Positions 47,188 to 57,634 of a DNA stretch of 64,000 nucleotides are shown piece after piece; positions within the stretch are counted from its first letter, which is position 1; every line of letters starts with the position of its first letter. The stretch is taken from assembly GCA_039811685.1 (NCBI GenBank), contig JBDHZC010000003.1, positions 160,001 through 224,000 of the forward strand, written 5' to 3'. Made by a program: the position numbers and the translations under genes. Source of the DNA: Armatimonadota bacterium (GTDB lineage: Bacteria; Armatimonadota; UBA5829; DSUL01). The notes under the pieces are model-generated. The model had not been told where the DNA came from and made no database searches. It worked only from the letters and a program-made list of their open reading frames with translations.

Positions 47188-49266
47188 TCAGTTCCGTTCG
47201 AACCTGAAGTTCCTCACTAGAAACGGTTTCGGCCCCAGCAGGCGAAAGTCTGCGAGCATGTTCTGTCCCCCTGCAAGGCTTGCGTTCGGAAGGCGTACGG
47301 AAGCGCGCTTCCAAGTCTTTGTGTTCCCAGTCTGGATACTTTCGGCGGGGTGGTATTGCTGGTCGGTGTCGTACTGTGAATCGTACTGGAGTGAGATGGA
47401 CGCATCGCCTGAGTCGAAGTAGTCAAAACTGAAGAGATAGTCTCCGGGGCCGCTCGCCTTCATGGGCGTCACATCGAAGTAGATACAGCGCGACTCCTCA
47501 GATGTCGTCAGCGCCCATCTGCCGCCCACTTTATCGAGCGCCCACGTTCCGTCTCCGCCTCGCAGCACTCTCAGACCCGGATCGTTGTAAACCGCTTTCA
47601 GCTGCGACGCAAGGTCAGAAATTGTGTCAATGCGCTGCATAAGATAAGGCTTCACCAGCGGATTGGACAGCAGGCTCACCGTAGCTTCAACTGCCTGTTC
47701 CTGCCGGTTCTGGCTCAGCAGCTTTTCGATTTGCCTGGCCGCTACAGAGATCGGGTCCTGTCCGGTCAGGCCTGAAAGCGCCTGTGTGACGGAGTTGGCG
47801 AAGCCCCGCGCGTTTGGTGGCGTGTTGCCTTGTTCTGAGACCTTCAAAACTGCAGCAGCGGCGCTGGATGCGCGAGCTTTTGTAGAGTCTGTGCCGTCCA
47901 GGGCATACAGAGACGTATAGAGGAAGGCTTGTTTCACGCTTCTCCAGAACGGAGCGCGGCCGACATAGGCTTGAACCGTGGCCGTAAGAGCTCGCGATTC
48001 CTCAGACGGAGCTTTGTCCACTACCCTGCGAGCGGCCTGCTCAGCAATGCGCAGTGCCCAGTCCGTTGTCTGTGCCTCCGCATCCACGAGTTCGACAGTC
48101 TGTTCTGTCGGCTTCAGAAGCATCGCTGCTGTGGTCTGCACTTTGCCGGAAGATCGGTGTTCCAGTTCCTCGCGCATAGCAGTATAGCTGCGCATCCGGC
48201 CGTCTTCCGTGAGAAAGTCTTGCCCCAGTCCGCTAATCATCAAAGCTCGTGCTGAAGCGATCCACTTCAGGGCTTCTGTCGCATCCTGTGACGCCTCTGC
48301 AAATCGTTTTGAAGTGACAGCGCGCCATACTTCGTCAATATTCTGAAATGGCGCCTGTGCCAGAGCATACGCGGCGTCAAGATTCAGTTGGTTCAGAGCC
48401 GGCTTCGCAGTAGCTCCGGCTGTTGCGCGAATCACAATGCCTGCTTTACCGAGTAGCGCAGCGTCAGCTGCCTGCGCCGCCATTTCGTCCATCCTTGTCA
48501 CGGGAAGCTGTGGTTGCAGCGCCTGGCCGTTTGAGGCGTCCACGATCGCCGTGTTTTTCGGGACATCATTCTCGGATGTGAGTATCTTTTTGACGGAACG
48601 CCTGTGCGCTTCAGCGATGACTGCCGGATCGTTGCGCAAAGCCTTGTCAACTATCCACCCCACAACGGGCAGTCTGCGCTTGAGTGTTGCGCTGTCAACA
48701 TTGGCGATATGGCAACTTCGGGCGTAGATCCCGGCGATATTATTGAACTGAAAGCGCAGCCCGGCGCCCGTCAGCGCGCGATCTGCCTCTGAAGGGAGCG
48801 CTTCCCGCTCCAGGCCACTGTCTGGCGCAGTCCCGGCTGAGAACACTTCGATCTTTCCGAGACGTCCGCCGGGACCCAGTTTTCTGGCCCACACGCGCAG
48901 CGTTGTGACATCCCATTCTGGCGCGCCCCGGGCGCCGAACCCAACCGCAACGTAGCCGTCTGGGAGCAGGATTTCCGCTTCCAGCACATGATCTGGCTCG
49001 CTGCCTGCGCGCTCTGTTTTGGGGTCCACAAGCCGTCCGTCTGCGCTTACGCGGTGGTATCGGCAGAGCATCGTCGTGATGTTGTCCTGATGAGCCCGAA
49101 AGCCCAGCCCTGTGATAACGCTGCCGGCTGGTACATCTATGCGGACCTCGGTCATCTCCTGAACATCAATGCGCTGCCCAAATGTGATCACGTTGCTGTG
49201 GGCGGTGGAGGCAAAGCGTAGCAGAAGAAGTGTGCTCGCGAAAGCCAGCCAGGTGACTTTTTTCAT
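47188..49266 (-). CDS. Hypothetical secreted protein with N-terminal triple repeat and C-terminal CBM-like domain
   Basis: Signal peptide from ATG 49266; repeats VITGLGFRA / VAVGFGARG / ALTGAGLRF; C-terminal IYFDV...DYFD...LQYDS...TWK...ADFRL. Confidence 0.65.
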   Translation of the reverse strand: MKKVTWLAFASTLLLLRFASTAHSNVITFGQRIDVQEMTEVRIDVPAGSVITGLGFRAHQDNITTMLCRYHRVSADGRLVDPKTERAGSEPDHVLEAEILLPDGYVAVGFGARGAPEWDVTTLRVWARKLGPGGRLGKIEVFSAGTAPDSGLEREALPSEADRALTGAGLRFQFNNIAGIYARSCHIANVDSATLKRRLPVVGWIVDKALRNDPAVIAEAHRRSVKKILTSENDVPKNTAIVDASNGQALQPQLPVTRMDEMAAQAADAALLGKAGIVIRATAGATAKPALNQLNLDAAYALAQAPFQNIDEVWRAVTSKRFAEASQDATEALKWIASARALMISGLGQDFLTEDGRMRSYTAMREELEHRSSGKVQTTAAMLLKPTEQTVELVDAEAQTTDWALRIAEQAARRVVDKAPSEESRALTATVQAYVGRAPFWRSVKQAFLYTSLYALDGTDSTKARASSAAAAVLKVSEQGNTPPNARGFANSVTQALSGLTGQDPISVAARQIEKLLSQNRQEQAVEATVSLLSNPLVKPYLMQRIDTISDLASQLKAVYNDPGLRVLRGGDGTWALDKVGGRWALTTSEESRCIYFDVTPMKASGPGDYLFSFDYFDSGDASISLQYDSQYDTDQQYHPAESIQTGNTKTWKRASVRLPNASLAGGQNMLADFRLLGPKPFLVRNFRFERN

Positions 49267-49585
49267 AATCCCGAGTTCCTCTTGTTTTGTACCAGGTCTG
49301 CGGACGCTTGCGGCTTTCAAGAGTACCCTCTGAAAGAGCTGGCAGAGATTGCGGGACCATGCCGCATGCCAGGGTGGTCCGTTGCGTCCGGCTGGCCAGT
49401 AGTTCATCGCTTCTGCCAGGATTATTAGCGCAAAACCAACATAGCCGGTGAGAACAGACCCAGGCTCACTTCGTTAGTCTGAAGGCGCATCCCTGCCGTG
49501 ACGCAACAGACGGGCAATTCCTCCCACATCAGCGTTCTCTATTCGCTGCAGGAAAACCGCCTCCAATCGTCTGACGTAACGGCAA

Positions 49586-50024
49586 ATGAAGCCGGTATTC
49601 TCCGTAAGGAAATTGGCCGTTGTCACGGTCGCAAGCCTGTGGATGATCCTGATTTTTAGTCCCTGCCCATGCGGATATTGGGCTGCCGATGGTCTTCATG
49701 GTGCTCCCTGCCGCAGTCATGGATCTTTTGGGTTGGGGCTACGCTCGGGGACTACAGACTGCCTGGCATCGCATCTTTGCAGTTACACTTCAGAGTCCCT
49801 GGCTGATGCCTTACGAGAGTGACCTGCACTGGATGGTACCGGCAGCGGCCATGGTACTTTGCGGGTTTTTCTTTCTCGCAAACGTCTGGCTGGAGTACCT
49901 TGTAATGCGGCGCATGGCTCAAGATGTGGAGCGCCGTTTAGTAGGCCGCTGGGTGTGGCTTGCGAATGCCCTGAGCTATGGTCTGATTGAGTTCGCGTTG
50001 CTGGCCGTCCTCATCGGAAACTAA
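49586..50024 (+). pseudogene. Frameshifted membrane-protein gene
   Basis: Removing one T from the T5 run at 49653..49657 joins MKPVFSVRKLAVVTVASLWMILI to LVPAHA|DIGLPMVFMVLP... in one frame. Confidence 0.6.
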
Positions 50025-50415
50025 ACAAGCAGCCCACATCCAGTCTCTCTCCATTCTTGTTTCTTCGGCTCTGATGTTTTGCTGAGCTTCGCACTCGCGC
50101 TTTCACTCCGGCTCAGCGAGGATTTTTGCCGCCGCGAGTCAAACACCACAGACGGTATATGTCAGCAGTTCTAAAAACCGGCAGGCTCGGCTCTGGTCAG
50201 CGGCCGCGTCAGATCAACTCCCCGGTCAAGCGCAAGCGTCTGCTCGATAGTGAGCTTCCAGAGAACTCGCCGTCAGCTCACGGGAGTTGTTCCTTCGCAA
50301 GACTCAGACCTCGGAATACAGGCGCTGGTATTATTCAGCCTCTGAGCTGTCAGTGACTATTGGAAGGAAAAGAGGGTTCGGTGCGCGACAGTGAAACACG
50401 GGAGAAGGAGAGGTT

Positions 50416-51255
50416 TTGAGCATCCTGGCTTTTACGCTGATCGTCTGGACTGGGTCGCTGGTCGCGGGCTTCGTCGGTGCGCTAACCGGGCTGGGTGGCG
50501 GTGTCGTTATTGTCCCGCTTCTGGCTCTTGCGCTTGGCGTTGATATACGCTATGCGGTTGGCGCCTCGCTCGTCTCCGTGATCGCCACCTCCTCAGGCGC
50601 AGCCGCCGCATACGTGCGCGAGGGCTTCACTAACATCAGAATTGGCATGCTGCTTGAGATTGCTACCACATTTGGAGCCATCGCCGGAGCCCTTGTCGCT
50701 GCTCTCGTTACTCCTTCCGTAGTGGCCATTATCTTTGGCGGCGTTCTGATTTATTCTGCCTACGCGTCATCCAGGCCAAGGCCGGCGGATGCGCAGAGCG
50801 CGAAGCCGGATCGTCTGGCCTCTCGCTTAAGGCTCAACGGCGCCTATCCGGACAAAGACGGCAAGCTCATCAACTACAGTGTCAGAAATGTGCCGGGTGG
50901 CTTTGCTCTCATGGGGCTGGCAGGCGTGCTCTCGGGGCTGCTTGGGATTGGCTCGGGAGCTGTCAAAGTGCTGGCAATGGATCAGGCGATGCGCATTCCC
51001 TTCAAGGTATCAACGACAACCAGCAATTTCATGATTGGTGTGACAGCAGCGGCCAGCGCGGGAGTATATCTGCACCGCGGGTACATAGATCCGGGGCTTG
51101 CGATGCCAGTGATGCTGGGCGTTCTCATTGGCTCCCTTGTCGGCGCGCGTGTTCTGGCGCACTCTCACCCCGCCATACTGCGCAAGGTCTTTGCGGTAGT
51201 GATTCTGGCGCTCGGATTGGAAATGATCTTCAATGGTCTCACAGGGCGAATCTAA
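50416..51255 (+). CDS. TSUP (TauE/SafE) family sulfite exporter
   Basis: GALTGLGGGVVIVP, SLVSVIATSSG, SGLLGIGSG, STTTSNFMIG. Confidence 0.9.
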   Translation: MSILAFTLIVWTGSLVAGFVGALTGLGGGVVIVPLLALALGVDIRYAVGASLVSVIATSSGAAAAYVREGFTNIRIGMLLEIATTFGAIAGALVAALVTPSVVAIIFGGVLIYSAYASSRPRPADAQSAKPDRLASRLRLNGAYPDKDGKLINYSVRNVPGGFALMGLAGVLSGLLGIGSGAVKVLAMDQAMRIPFKVSTTTSNFMIGVTAAASAGVYLHRGYIDPGLAMPVMLGVLIGSLVGARVLAHSHPAILRKVFAVVILALGLEMIFNGLTGRI

Positions 51256-51646
51256 CAAGCGGCCTCGCAGAAAACTGGCTCTTACGGACGAAGCCATGGA
51301 AACAGCCATCAGTCGGCTCTTGCAGGCGGGCGTCGCTCTGGCGGCTCTCGTTGTGGCGGTGGGGGCAGTGATATATTTGCTTCACCACGCCAACCAGAAA
51401 GCCGCCTACTCAGCATTCCAAAGCGAGCCTTCTCATCTGCGCTATGTCACCTCCATCATCGAATACGCCCGGGATGCAAGTGGCCGGGGGCTTATCCAGC
51501 TCGGGCTGTTGATTCTAATTGCAACTCCTATCGCGCGTGTGGCGTTCTCTGCCATAGCGTTTGCCGTGCAACGAGACTGGCTTTACGTTGGAATCACGCT
51601 GGTGGTGCTTGTTTTGCTGGCAGCAAGCCTTGCCGGCCTGGTTTAG
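51233..51646 (+). CDS. DUF1634 family membrane protein (usual TSUP partner)
   Basis: ISRLLQAGV...IQLGLLILIATPIARV...DWLYV; start uncertain. Confidence 0.85.
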   Translation: MVSQGESNKRPRRKLALTDEAMETAISRLLQAGVALAALVVAVGAVIYLLHHANQKAAYSAFQSEPSHLRYVTSIIEYARDASGRGLIQLGLLILIATPIARVAFSAIAFAVQRDWLYVGITLVVLVLLAASLAGLV

Positions 51647-51682
51647 TGGCCAACTCTGCCAGTATCCTGGCATCGCATAGAC

Positions 51683-52651
51683 TCACCCGTCGTTTGTCCC
51701 ATTGATTCTTGGACTTTTCACCAAAGTCTCCTGATACTTCTCTGCGCTGTGCCGCCACACTGCTGCCAGCATACTGGCAATAAGAGAGTGGAACAGGCTG
51801 GATATGGCGCTTGGAATAGCGAAGGCCGGATTGGCGAAGCTGCCCCGCGCCAGGACCACTCCCAGTCCCGAGTTCTGCATTCCGACCTCAATGGAGACTG
51901 TTCGCGCGGTGATCTCTTCTCCTGTCATAAGCCGGGAGAGCGCATATCCGAACAAGAAACCGCCCGCGTGCAGGGAGGCCACCGCGGCAACCAGAGTCAA
52001 ACCCGAGCTCAATATGATAGATTTGCTTGCCCCGATAATGCTGGCGACAATAAGCGTAATCGCCAGCACAGCGACTAGCGGCGCTACCGGCAACAGGCTT
52101 CTGGTAAGCCGCGGCAAAAGGCGGTTCATTGCCAGCCCCAGGAAGACAGGCACAACAACGACTTTCAAGGTATCAATCAGCAACCCAATCCGGTCGACGT
52201 GAACATAGGCGCCGGCAAGCTCTCCGGTCAGGATTGGTGTCATGACGACCGCCAGAACTGTCGAACACGCCGTCATCGTGACGGAAAGCGGTACGTCAGC
52301 TTTAGCGATAAAGGATACTACATTCGACGCCGTCCCACCGGGACAACAGGAGACCAGTATCAGTCCGACTGCAAAAGGCTTGGGTAGATGATAAAGCCTT
52401 GCAAGAGACAGTCCGAGGGCTGGCATCACAGTGTACTGCAGCAAGACTCCGACCAGTACCTGTCGTGGCATTGTCAACACGCGCCGGAAATCCTCCAGCG
52501 TCAGTGTCAAGCCCATGCCGAGCATAATAACACCCAGCCCGATCGGGATCAGAGGTCCTGAAAACCAGGTGAAAAACTCCGGCTTCCACAACGCCAGCAG
52601 TCCGCAGGCGAGCACCCAGAGGGGAAAGCCGTTTACAAGCGCGACGAGCAT
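51683..52651 (-). CDS. Bile acid:sodium symporter (BASS) family transporter
   Basis: IMLGMGLTL, QYTVMP, CCPGGTASNV, SIEVGMQNSGLG. Confidence 0.92.
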   Translation of the reverse strand: MLVALVNGFPLWVLACGLLALWKPEFFTWFSGPLIPIGLGVIMLGMGLTLTLEDFRRVLTMPRQVLVGVLLQYTVMPALGLSLARLYHLPKPFAVGLILVSCCPGGTASNVVSFIAKADVPLSVTMTACSTVLAVVMTPILTGELAGAYVHVDRIGLLIDTLKVVVVPVFLGLAMNRLLPRLTRSLLPVAPLVAVLAITLIVASIIGASKSIILSSGLTLVAAVASLHAGGFLFGYALSRLMTGEEITARTVSIEVGMQNSGLGVVLARGSFANPAFAIPSAISSLFHSLIASMLAAVWRHSAEKYQETLVKSPRINGTNDG

Positions 52652-52730
52652 AGCACAGCAAGGATAGCAGATTGAGGCAGACATCCGCCTGCCTCAACTC
52701 GCCTTTGACCATCTGTCCGAAGACGCGCGC

Positions 52731-55700
52731 CTAGTGAGTGGATATGTAGTCCGCCAGCGCCGGGAGTGCCGGGGCGATATTCGCGTTTGCCCACCCACAC
52801 TCGCCCAGAAGCCACGCTGCGCACCCGATAACGTAAGGGTCCTTCTTCATCTCCTGATCGTACCAGGTGTAGTCCATAATAAGCAACGGAGTCCCGACGA
52901 AGTTGTATCCGCCGTCCTGCCCCGTCTCCGTGAGCACGAGCGGGATAACCGCATTCCTGGGCGCCAGATAGTTGTACAGCTTGCGATAGCGTGTGACCAG
53001 ATCAGGACCGGCATTGGAGAGCAGGGCGTGCTGTCCCGGATCTGCCCACAGCCCGTATTCATGCAAACTCAGCATATGGCCACCGTGCGCGGCCGCCCGG
53101 GCGCAGGCGCGGGCGATGTCGGGGTAGTATGCCTCGGGCGGGTTGCCAACGGACGCCGACCATATCGCAAGCTTGAACCCGTCCGCCTCAGCCAGATCCA
53201 TCAGCGCAATGTAAAAGTCTGCCTGCCATGCCCAGTGCCAGGACCACTCGTTGCAGGCTTCCCACACGTCTATCCACGGATTTGCCTGCCAGATAGGCTT
53301 CACAAGCGAGTAGTAGAACGCCGCGACGGCCTCCGGAGACTGGTTCACATACCCATCCAGACCGCCCAGATCAACTGATCCAACCTGGTTGATCCGTCCT
53401 ACGGTCAGCGTGTATTTGTTGACCTGCTTCGCCTCATAGGCTGGGCTGAAGTCGTCCACGACCTTGATGACCCTTACTGGGTGAAGAGCGTTTGAGCACT
53501 GCTGCAGGAACTCAAGATACCCTGGCCGCGGTCCGCACACAACGTGCAGGCCAACTTTGCTGTAAGGAGACAGTGGATTGTTCACGACAATGGTCGTCAT
53601 CGTCGTAAGGTAAGAGTAACAGCCGGTGGCGCTGGAGGTCGCCCGAATAGAGAATTGGCTCGATGCCGCAATCGGGCCACTTGGCAGGTTGATTGATCCG
53701 CTGGTTCCTGCTACAGCACTGCCGACCGGAGATCCCTGCTTCAGCAGTTGATAGCTCACGCCCACTTCAGAAAAATCAACTGTGAATGTTGTGCTTCCAC
53801 CCGGATCAATCGGATTATTCGAGACAGACACATGCAAGCCTGCCGCAGGCGGCGCAGATACCGCTACGGATTGTTGGGTTGTGAGTCTGGCTGAGCAGGT
53901 CGAATGGTTCCGTGTAGCCAGCACGTCGAAAACGGTATTCTCCGAGATTGGGCCCGTCGGTAGCTCGATGCTCCCTCCGTTTCCAGCTATCGGGGCTCCC
54001 ACATTTACGAGATTGGTTCCTTTGCGAAGCTGATAGGACACGCCTGGTTCGGAGGACTGAACTCTGACGACAGTGGTCTGTCCTGGACAAAGCACGGAGT
54101 TGTCGATGGTGACAGGCAGGTTAGTCGCGGGACTCGTACATCCTGCCGTAATCTGCACAATGGCGGGCCGGATTTGCCCGGCGTTATCCGCAAAGGTTGT
54201 GACAGGCCCTGTGACGCGGTTGAATGCGCCTGGTGCTGGTTCATCTGGCCAGCCCAGGATTCTGAGCCCCTGCGTCGGTGCGCCGGACAGGTCGGTTCCG
54301 TCAATCAGAGCGCTACCGTCGTCCACGTAAAACGCGCCGTCCTGGACAGCGCCAAGCGTACCCCACACGCGTGCGAGAAGGCCGATGTTGTTGAGTCCCA
54401 CGCCGCCCTCGATGCCTGGGGAATAGTTGTTCAGATCTCCACCGCCAACCCGGGCATTGTTCATCCCCAGCGCTTCAACAGGATTGCTGCCGCCTGCCTG
54501 CACTTCTGAGATCACCTGAAGCCTGCGCTCACCGTCAACCGTGGAGATAGTTCCGGTTACATTTCGCAGACTGCCAATCGGTGGCAGCGTGCCGGACATA
54601 ACGCGCAGGGCGCTGGATCGGTCCGGCTCCTCGATCCAGTAAGATTGTCCTGTAGAAGCTGTGACTGGCTTTGCGCTCAGGCTGACAGTCTCTCCGTCGG
54701 CGAACGCTTTGGCCTGGCCAATTCTGGAAACCGGGTGTCCCGCGAGCACTGTCGCCGTCTGCTGTAGCGTGGCCGAACAGCCTGAGCCCGTGGACGCGGT
54801 AGCTCGGACGCTGAACTCAGAGGATGCGTTGACAGGACCAGTGGAAAGATAGACCGTCCCGCCGTTACCGGCAACTGGCGTTCCGATGTTGGTTCCGTTT
54901 TTCTGTAACTGGTAATAGACTCCTCGCTCAGAGGGCGCTACTGCCACCTGCGTTGCGCTGCCAGGCTCCACGACGCCAGCCACGGGAGTGACCGAAGGTA
55001 ACGCGGATGGTTGGACGCAGGGCGCTGAAGGATCGCTCGGGTCCAGAGCTCCGCTTGTTTTCAGACGAAAAAAGTCAACGTCCATAGAACCCAGACCCGG
55101 CTGACTCAGACTACCGATATAGACGACGCCGCCCGATGCTGGAGCGATGCCTTTGGAAGCCAGTGTCCAACCGGAAGGGCTGAATGTGTAGAGCCAGTAT
55201 TTTCCGCCCGCAACCCTTGCCCACAGCTCGATCCACTGGTTGACTGGCAGCGGAAGCGAGGATGGCCAGCCGGAGTCCGGTGTGCCTGTGCGGATTTTCA
55301 GGGACCCATCAGTGTAGCTCAGTCCAAGGCGGCCGTTGGCGACTCCGTCGTTGATCTGCAGCCCCATCGTGTCCGCGCTTCCCGCGCCGAATCTGACACG
55401 CGTATGCATCGTCACGCCCTGGACACTTGACCAGTTGCCTCTGTTAATGCGTCCCATCCGGCTGGAGGACGATTGATCCTGCAGATGCAACGCCAGCTCT
55501 CCGGTGTCTGCGACTGTGGATGTGACGCCGCTGGTGGGATCGGGCAACTCCAGCGTATAGGGAGCGATTAGCGGAAGCGTGCCTTCCAGGCGCTCATCCC
55601 AGTTGTCTGCCCTGGTAGCCGGGACTATCAGAAAGCAGAAAAGAAAAGCAATGGAAAGACCCGCTGCAAACAATCGAAGCGCACGAAAAAGACGTTCAGG

Positions 55701-55748
55701 GTAGGTGGCCAAGGTGGTGGATCTCCAGACAGCGCACAACGTGCTCAA
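52731..55748 (-). CDS. Secreted multidomain protein: Ig-like repeats, internal recurrent module, C-terminal clan GH-A-like TIM barrel
   Basis: Signal peptide; three xExGVxYQL...AxxxxxxCS-type repeats; EEPDRSS...GLNNIGLL; WEACNE, SLHEY, LTETG. Confidence 0.7.
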   Translation of the reverse strand: MSTLCAVWRSTTLATYPERLFRALRLFAAGLSIAFLFCFLIVPATRADNWDERLEGTLPLIAPYTLELPDPTSGVTSTVADTGELALHLQDQSSSSRMGRINRGNWSSVQGVTMHTRVRFGAGSADTMGLQINDGVANGRLGLSYTDGSLKIRTGTPDSGWPSSLPLPVNQWIELWARVAGGKYWLYTFSPSGWTLASKGIAPASGGVVYIGSLSQPGLGSMDVDFFRLKTSGALDPSDPSAPCVQPSALPSVTPVAGVVEPGSATQVAVAPSERGVYYQLQKNGTNIGTPVAGNGGTVYLSTGPVNASSEFSVRATASTGSGCSATLQQTATVLAGHPVSRIGQAKAFADGETVSLSAKPVTASTGQSYWIEEPDRSSALRVMSGTLPPIGSLRNVTGTISTVDGERRLQVISEVQAGGSNPVEALGMNNARVGGGDLNNYSPGIEGGVGLNNIGLLARVWGTLGAVQDGAFYVDDGSALIDGTDLSGAPTQGLRILGWPDEPAPGAFNRVTGPVTTFADNAGQIRPAIVQITAGCTSPATNLPVTIDNSVLCPGQTTVVRVQSSEPGVSYQLRKGTNLVNVGAPIAGNGGSIELPTGPISENTVFDVLATRNHSTCSARLTTQQSVAVSAPPAAGLHVSVSNNPIDPGGSTTFTVDFSEVGVSYQLLKQGSPVGSAVAGTSGSINLPSGPIAASSQFSIRATSSATGCYSYLTTMTTIVVNNPLSPYSKVGLHVVCGPRPGYLEFLQQCSNALHPVRVIKVVDDFSPAYEAKQVNKYTLTVGRINQVGSVDLGGLDGYVNQSPEAVAAFYYSLVKPIWQANPWIDVWEACNEWSWHWAWQADFYIALMDLAEADGFKLAIWSASVGNPPEAYYPDIARACARAAAHGGHMLSLHEYGLWADPGQHALLSNAGPDLVTRYRKLYNYLAPRNAVIPLVLTETGQDGGYNFVGTPLLIMDYTWYDQEMKKDPYVIGCAAWLLGECGWANANIAPALPALADYISTH

Positions 55749-55812
55749 ATAGCCCGTCCTTTGGAGTGAACTAACGCGCTATTGCCTGTACGCGCCGCCG
55801 CTGCCTGTTACT

Positions 55813-55841
55813 ATGGTAAGCGACAGGCGCTACTGTGTCAA
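55813..55841 (-). promoter_or_regulatory. sigma70-type promoter for the 52731..55748 gene
   Basis: Minus strand TTGACA-17 bp-TACCAT. Confidence 0.6.
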
Positions 55842-56182
55842 CAGACTCTTGAGAAAACCGCTTTCTCTTCCAGCTTCAGCGGCTCCCAGGGGTGCGCAAC
55901 CGCCCACATTGGACGCCGTATCCCATAGCTCCGTCTCTCCCGCAGACAAGTGTTTCGCGTTCTTCTGCCTGTCGAGAACGATAGCCCGTCGTATTCGCGT
56001 GTCCGGCAGCAGTTGCCACTGATTACCAGACCTTCACTTATCGATTTCTTTGCCCAGCTCCAAACGACCCCGAAAATTGTTCATCACGCTCGACATCTCT
56101 AGCGTTTGGAGTGTGTCATCGGGTATCCTTATAGCGACACCGAGCCCACAGGGCCGGATGACTACACGTCTGGAGAACCGGC

Positions 56183-57634
56183 TTGTCCCTCAGGGTCTAT
56201 AACACCCTCACCCGCACCAAAGAAGATTTTGTGCCGCTCGTCCCCGGCTTTGTCCGCATGTACTGCTGCGGGCCGACTGTGTACGATCACGCTCACATAG
56301 GCCACGCCAAGCTTTACGTAGCAATGGATGTCGTTGTGCGCTATCTTCGCAGCAGCGGCTATAGCGTAAAGTACGTCCAGAACATCACGGACGTGGGGCA
56401 CCTCACAGATGACGCGGACAGTGGCGAGGACAAGGTAGAGCGTCGCGCTGCAGCCGAAAGCGTCGATCCCATGGAGCTGGTGGACAAATACACCAACAGC
56501 TTCTTTGAGGATATGGACGCTCTGAAAGTGCGCCGGCCCTCTATTGCGCCGCGCGCAAGCGCTCACATACCCGAACAGATTCAAATTATCCAGGACTTGA
56601 TTAACCGGGGAAGCGCCTATGAGGTGGATGGCTCCGTTTATTTTGATGTAACCAGCGCCGAGGACTATGGCAAGCTCTCCGGGCGGCGGCTGGAGGACAT
56701 GGAGGCTGGCGCGCGCGTTGAAGTGGACTCCAACAAGCGCCACCCGGGGGACTTTCTGCTCTGGAGAAAGGCCGCGCCGGAGCATATTCTGAAATGGCCG
56801 TCACCGTGGGGAATCGGTTATCCCGGCTGGCATATCGAGTGCTCGGCGATGGCAAAGCGCTATCTGGGAGAGACCTTCGATATCCACGGCGGGGGCCTAG
56901 AGAATATGTTCCCCCACAATGAGGATGAGATCGCTCAGAGTGAAGCTGCCAACTGTGCGCCGTTTGCCCGATACTGGATTCACGTCAATACGCTGACGGT
57001 CGGCGGACAGAAGATGGGCAAGTCGCTCGGAAACGCTATCTACATCAAAGAAGCGCTTGGCCGTTGGAGCCCGGAAGCCATTCGTTTTTTCATCCTCTCC
57101 ACACACTACCGCAGCGTGCTGGACGTAACAGAGGAAGCCCTGGACGCTGCCGAAACCGGTCTCAAGAGCCTGACCACGCTCTGGCGGCTTCTGAATGAAG
57201 CCCTGGCCAAAGCGGAAGACGGTGAGGAAGCAACAGACATAACTGAAGCCGTGGGCCATTTGAAGGGACGTTTTCGCGGCGCGATGGATGACGATTTCAA
57301 CACCTCTGCGGCGATGGCGGCGCTTTTTGATTTTCGCCGGGAACTCAACACGGCGCTGGGCGTCAAAGAAATACCCGCGCGACAATCGCTGGAAGCTGCC
57401 GCAAAGGCGCTGAGGGATACTGCGGGTGACGTTCTGGGTATTCTCAAAGAAGACAGCGCCACTGAGACTGATGATCTGGCGCCGCAGTTGATGGACGTTC
57501 TGATTTCAACACGCTCTGCGCTGCGAAAGGCCAAACAGTTCGAGCTGGCAGATAGAGTCCGCACGGAGCTTGCGGACGTTGGTGTGGAGTTGGAGGATCG
57601 AGCGGGTGAAACGGTCTGGCGAAGAAAGAGTTAG
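56183..57634 (+). CDS. cysS: Cysteine--tRNA ligase
   Basis: CGPTVYDHAHIGH, PGWHIECSAM, DIHGGG, FPH, KMGKS, DDDFNT. Confidence 0.97.
   Translation: MSLRVYNTLTRTKEDFVPLVPGFVRMYCCGPTVYDHAHIGHAKLYVAMDVVVRYLRSSGYSVKYVQNITDVGHLTDDADSGEDKVERRAAAESVDPMELVDKYTNSFFEDMDALKVRRPSIAPRASAHIPEQIQIIQDLINRGSAYEVDGSVYFDVTSAEDYGKLSGRRLEDMEAGARVEVDSNKRHPGDFLLWRKAAPEHILKWPSPWGIGYPGWHIECSAMAKRYLGETFDIHGGGLENMFPHNEDEIAQSEAANCAPFARYWIHVNTLTVGGQKMGKSLGNAIYIKEALGRWSPEAIRFFILSTHYRSVLDVTEEALDAAETGLKSLTTLWRLLNEALAKAEDGEEATDITEAVGHLKGRFRGAMDDDFNTSAAMAALFDFRRELNTALGVKEIPARQSLEAAAKALRDTAGDVLGILKEDSATETDDLAPQLMDVLISTRSALRKAKQFELADRVRTELADVGVELEDRAGETVWRRKS

Noticed and set aside
55850..56182. T-box leader upstream of cysS
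   Set aside because: No GGTGGNACCGCG T-box motif or terminator/antiterminator was found.
57010..57024. KMGKS instead of KMSKS in CysS
   Set aside because: A tolerated variant of the class I signature; all other motifs are intact.
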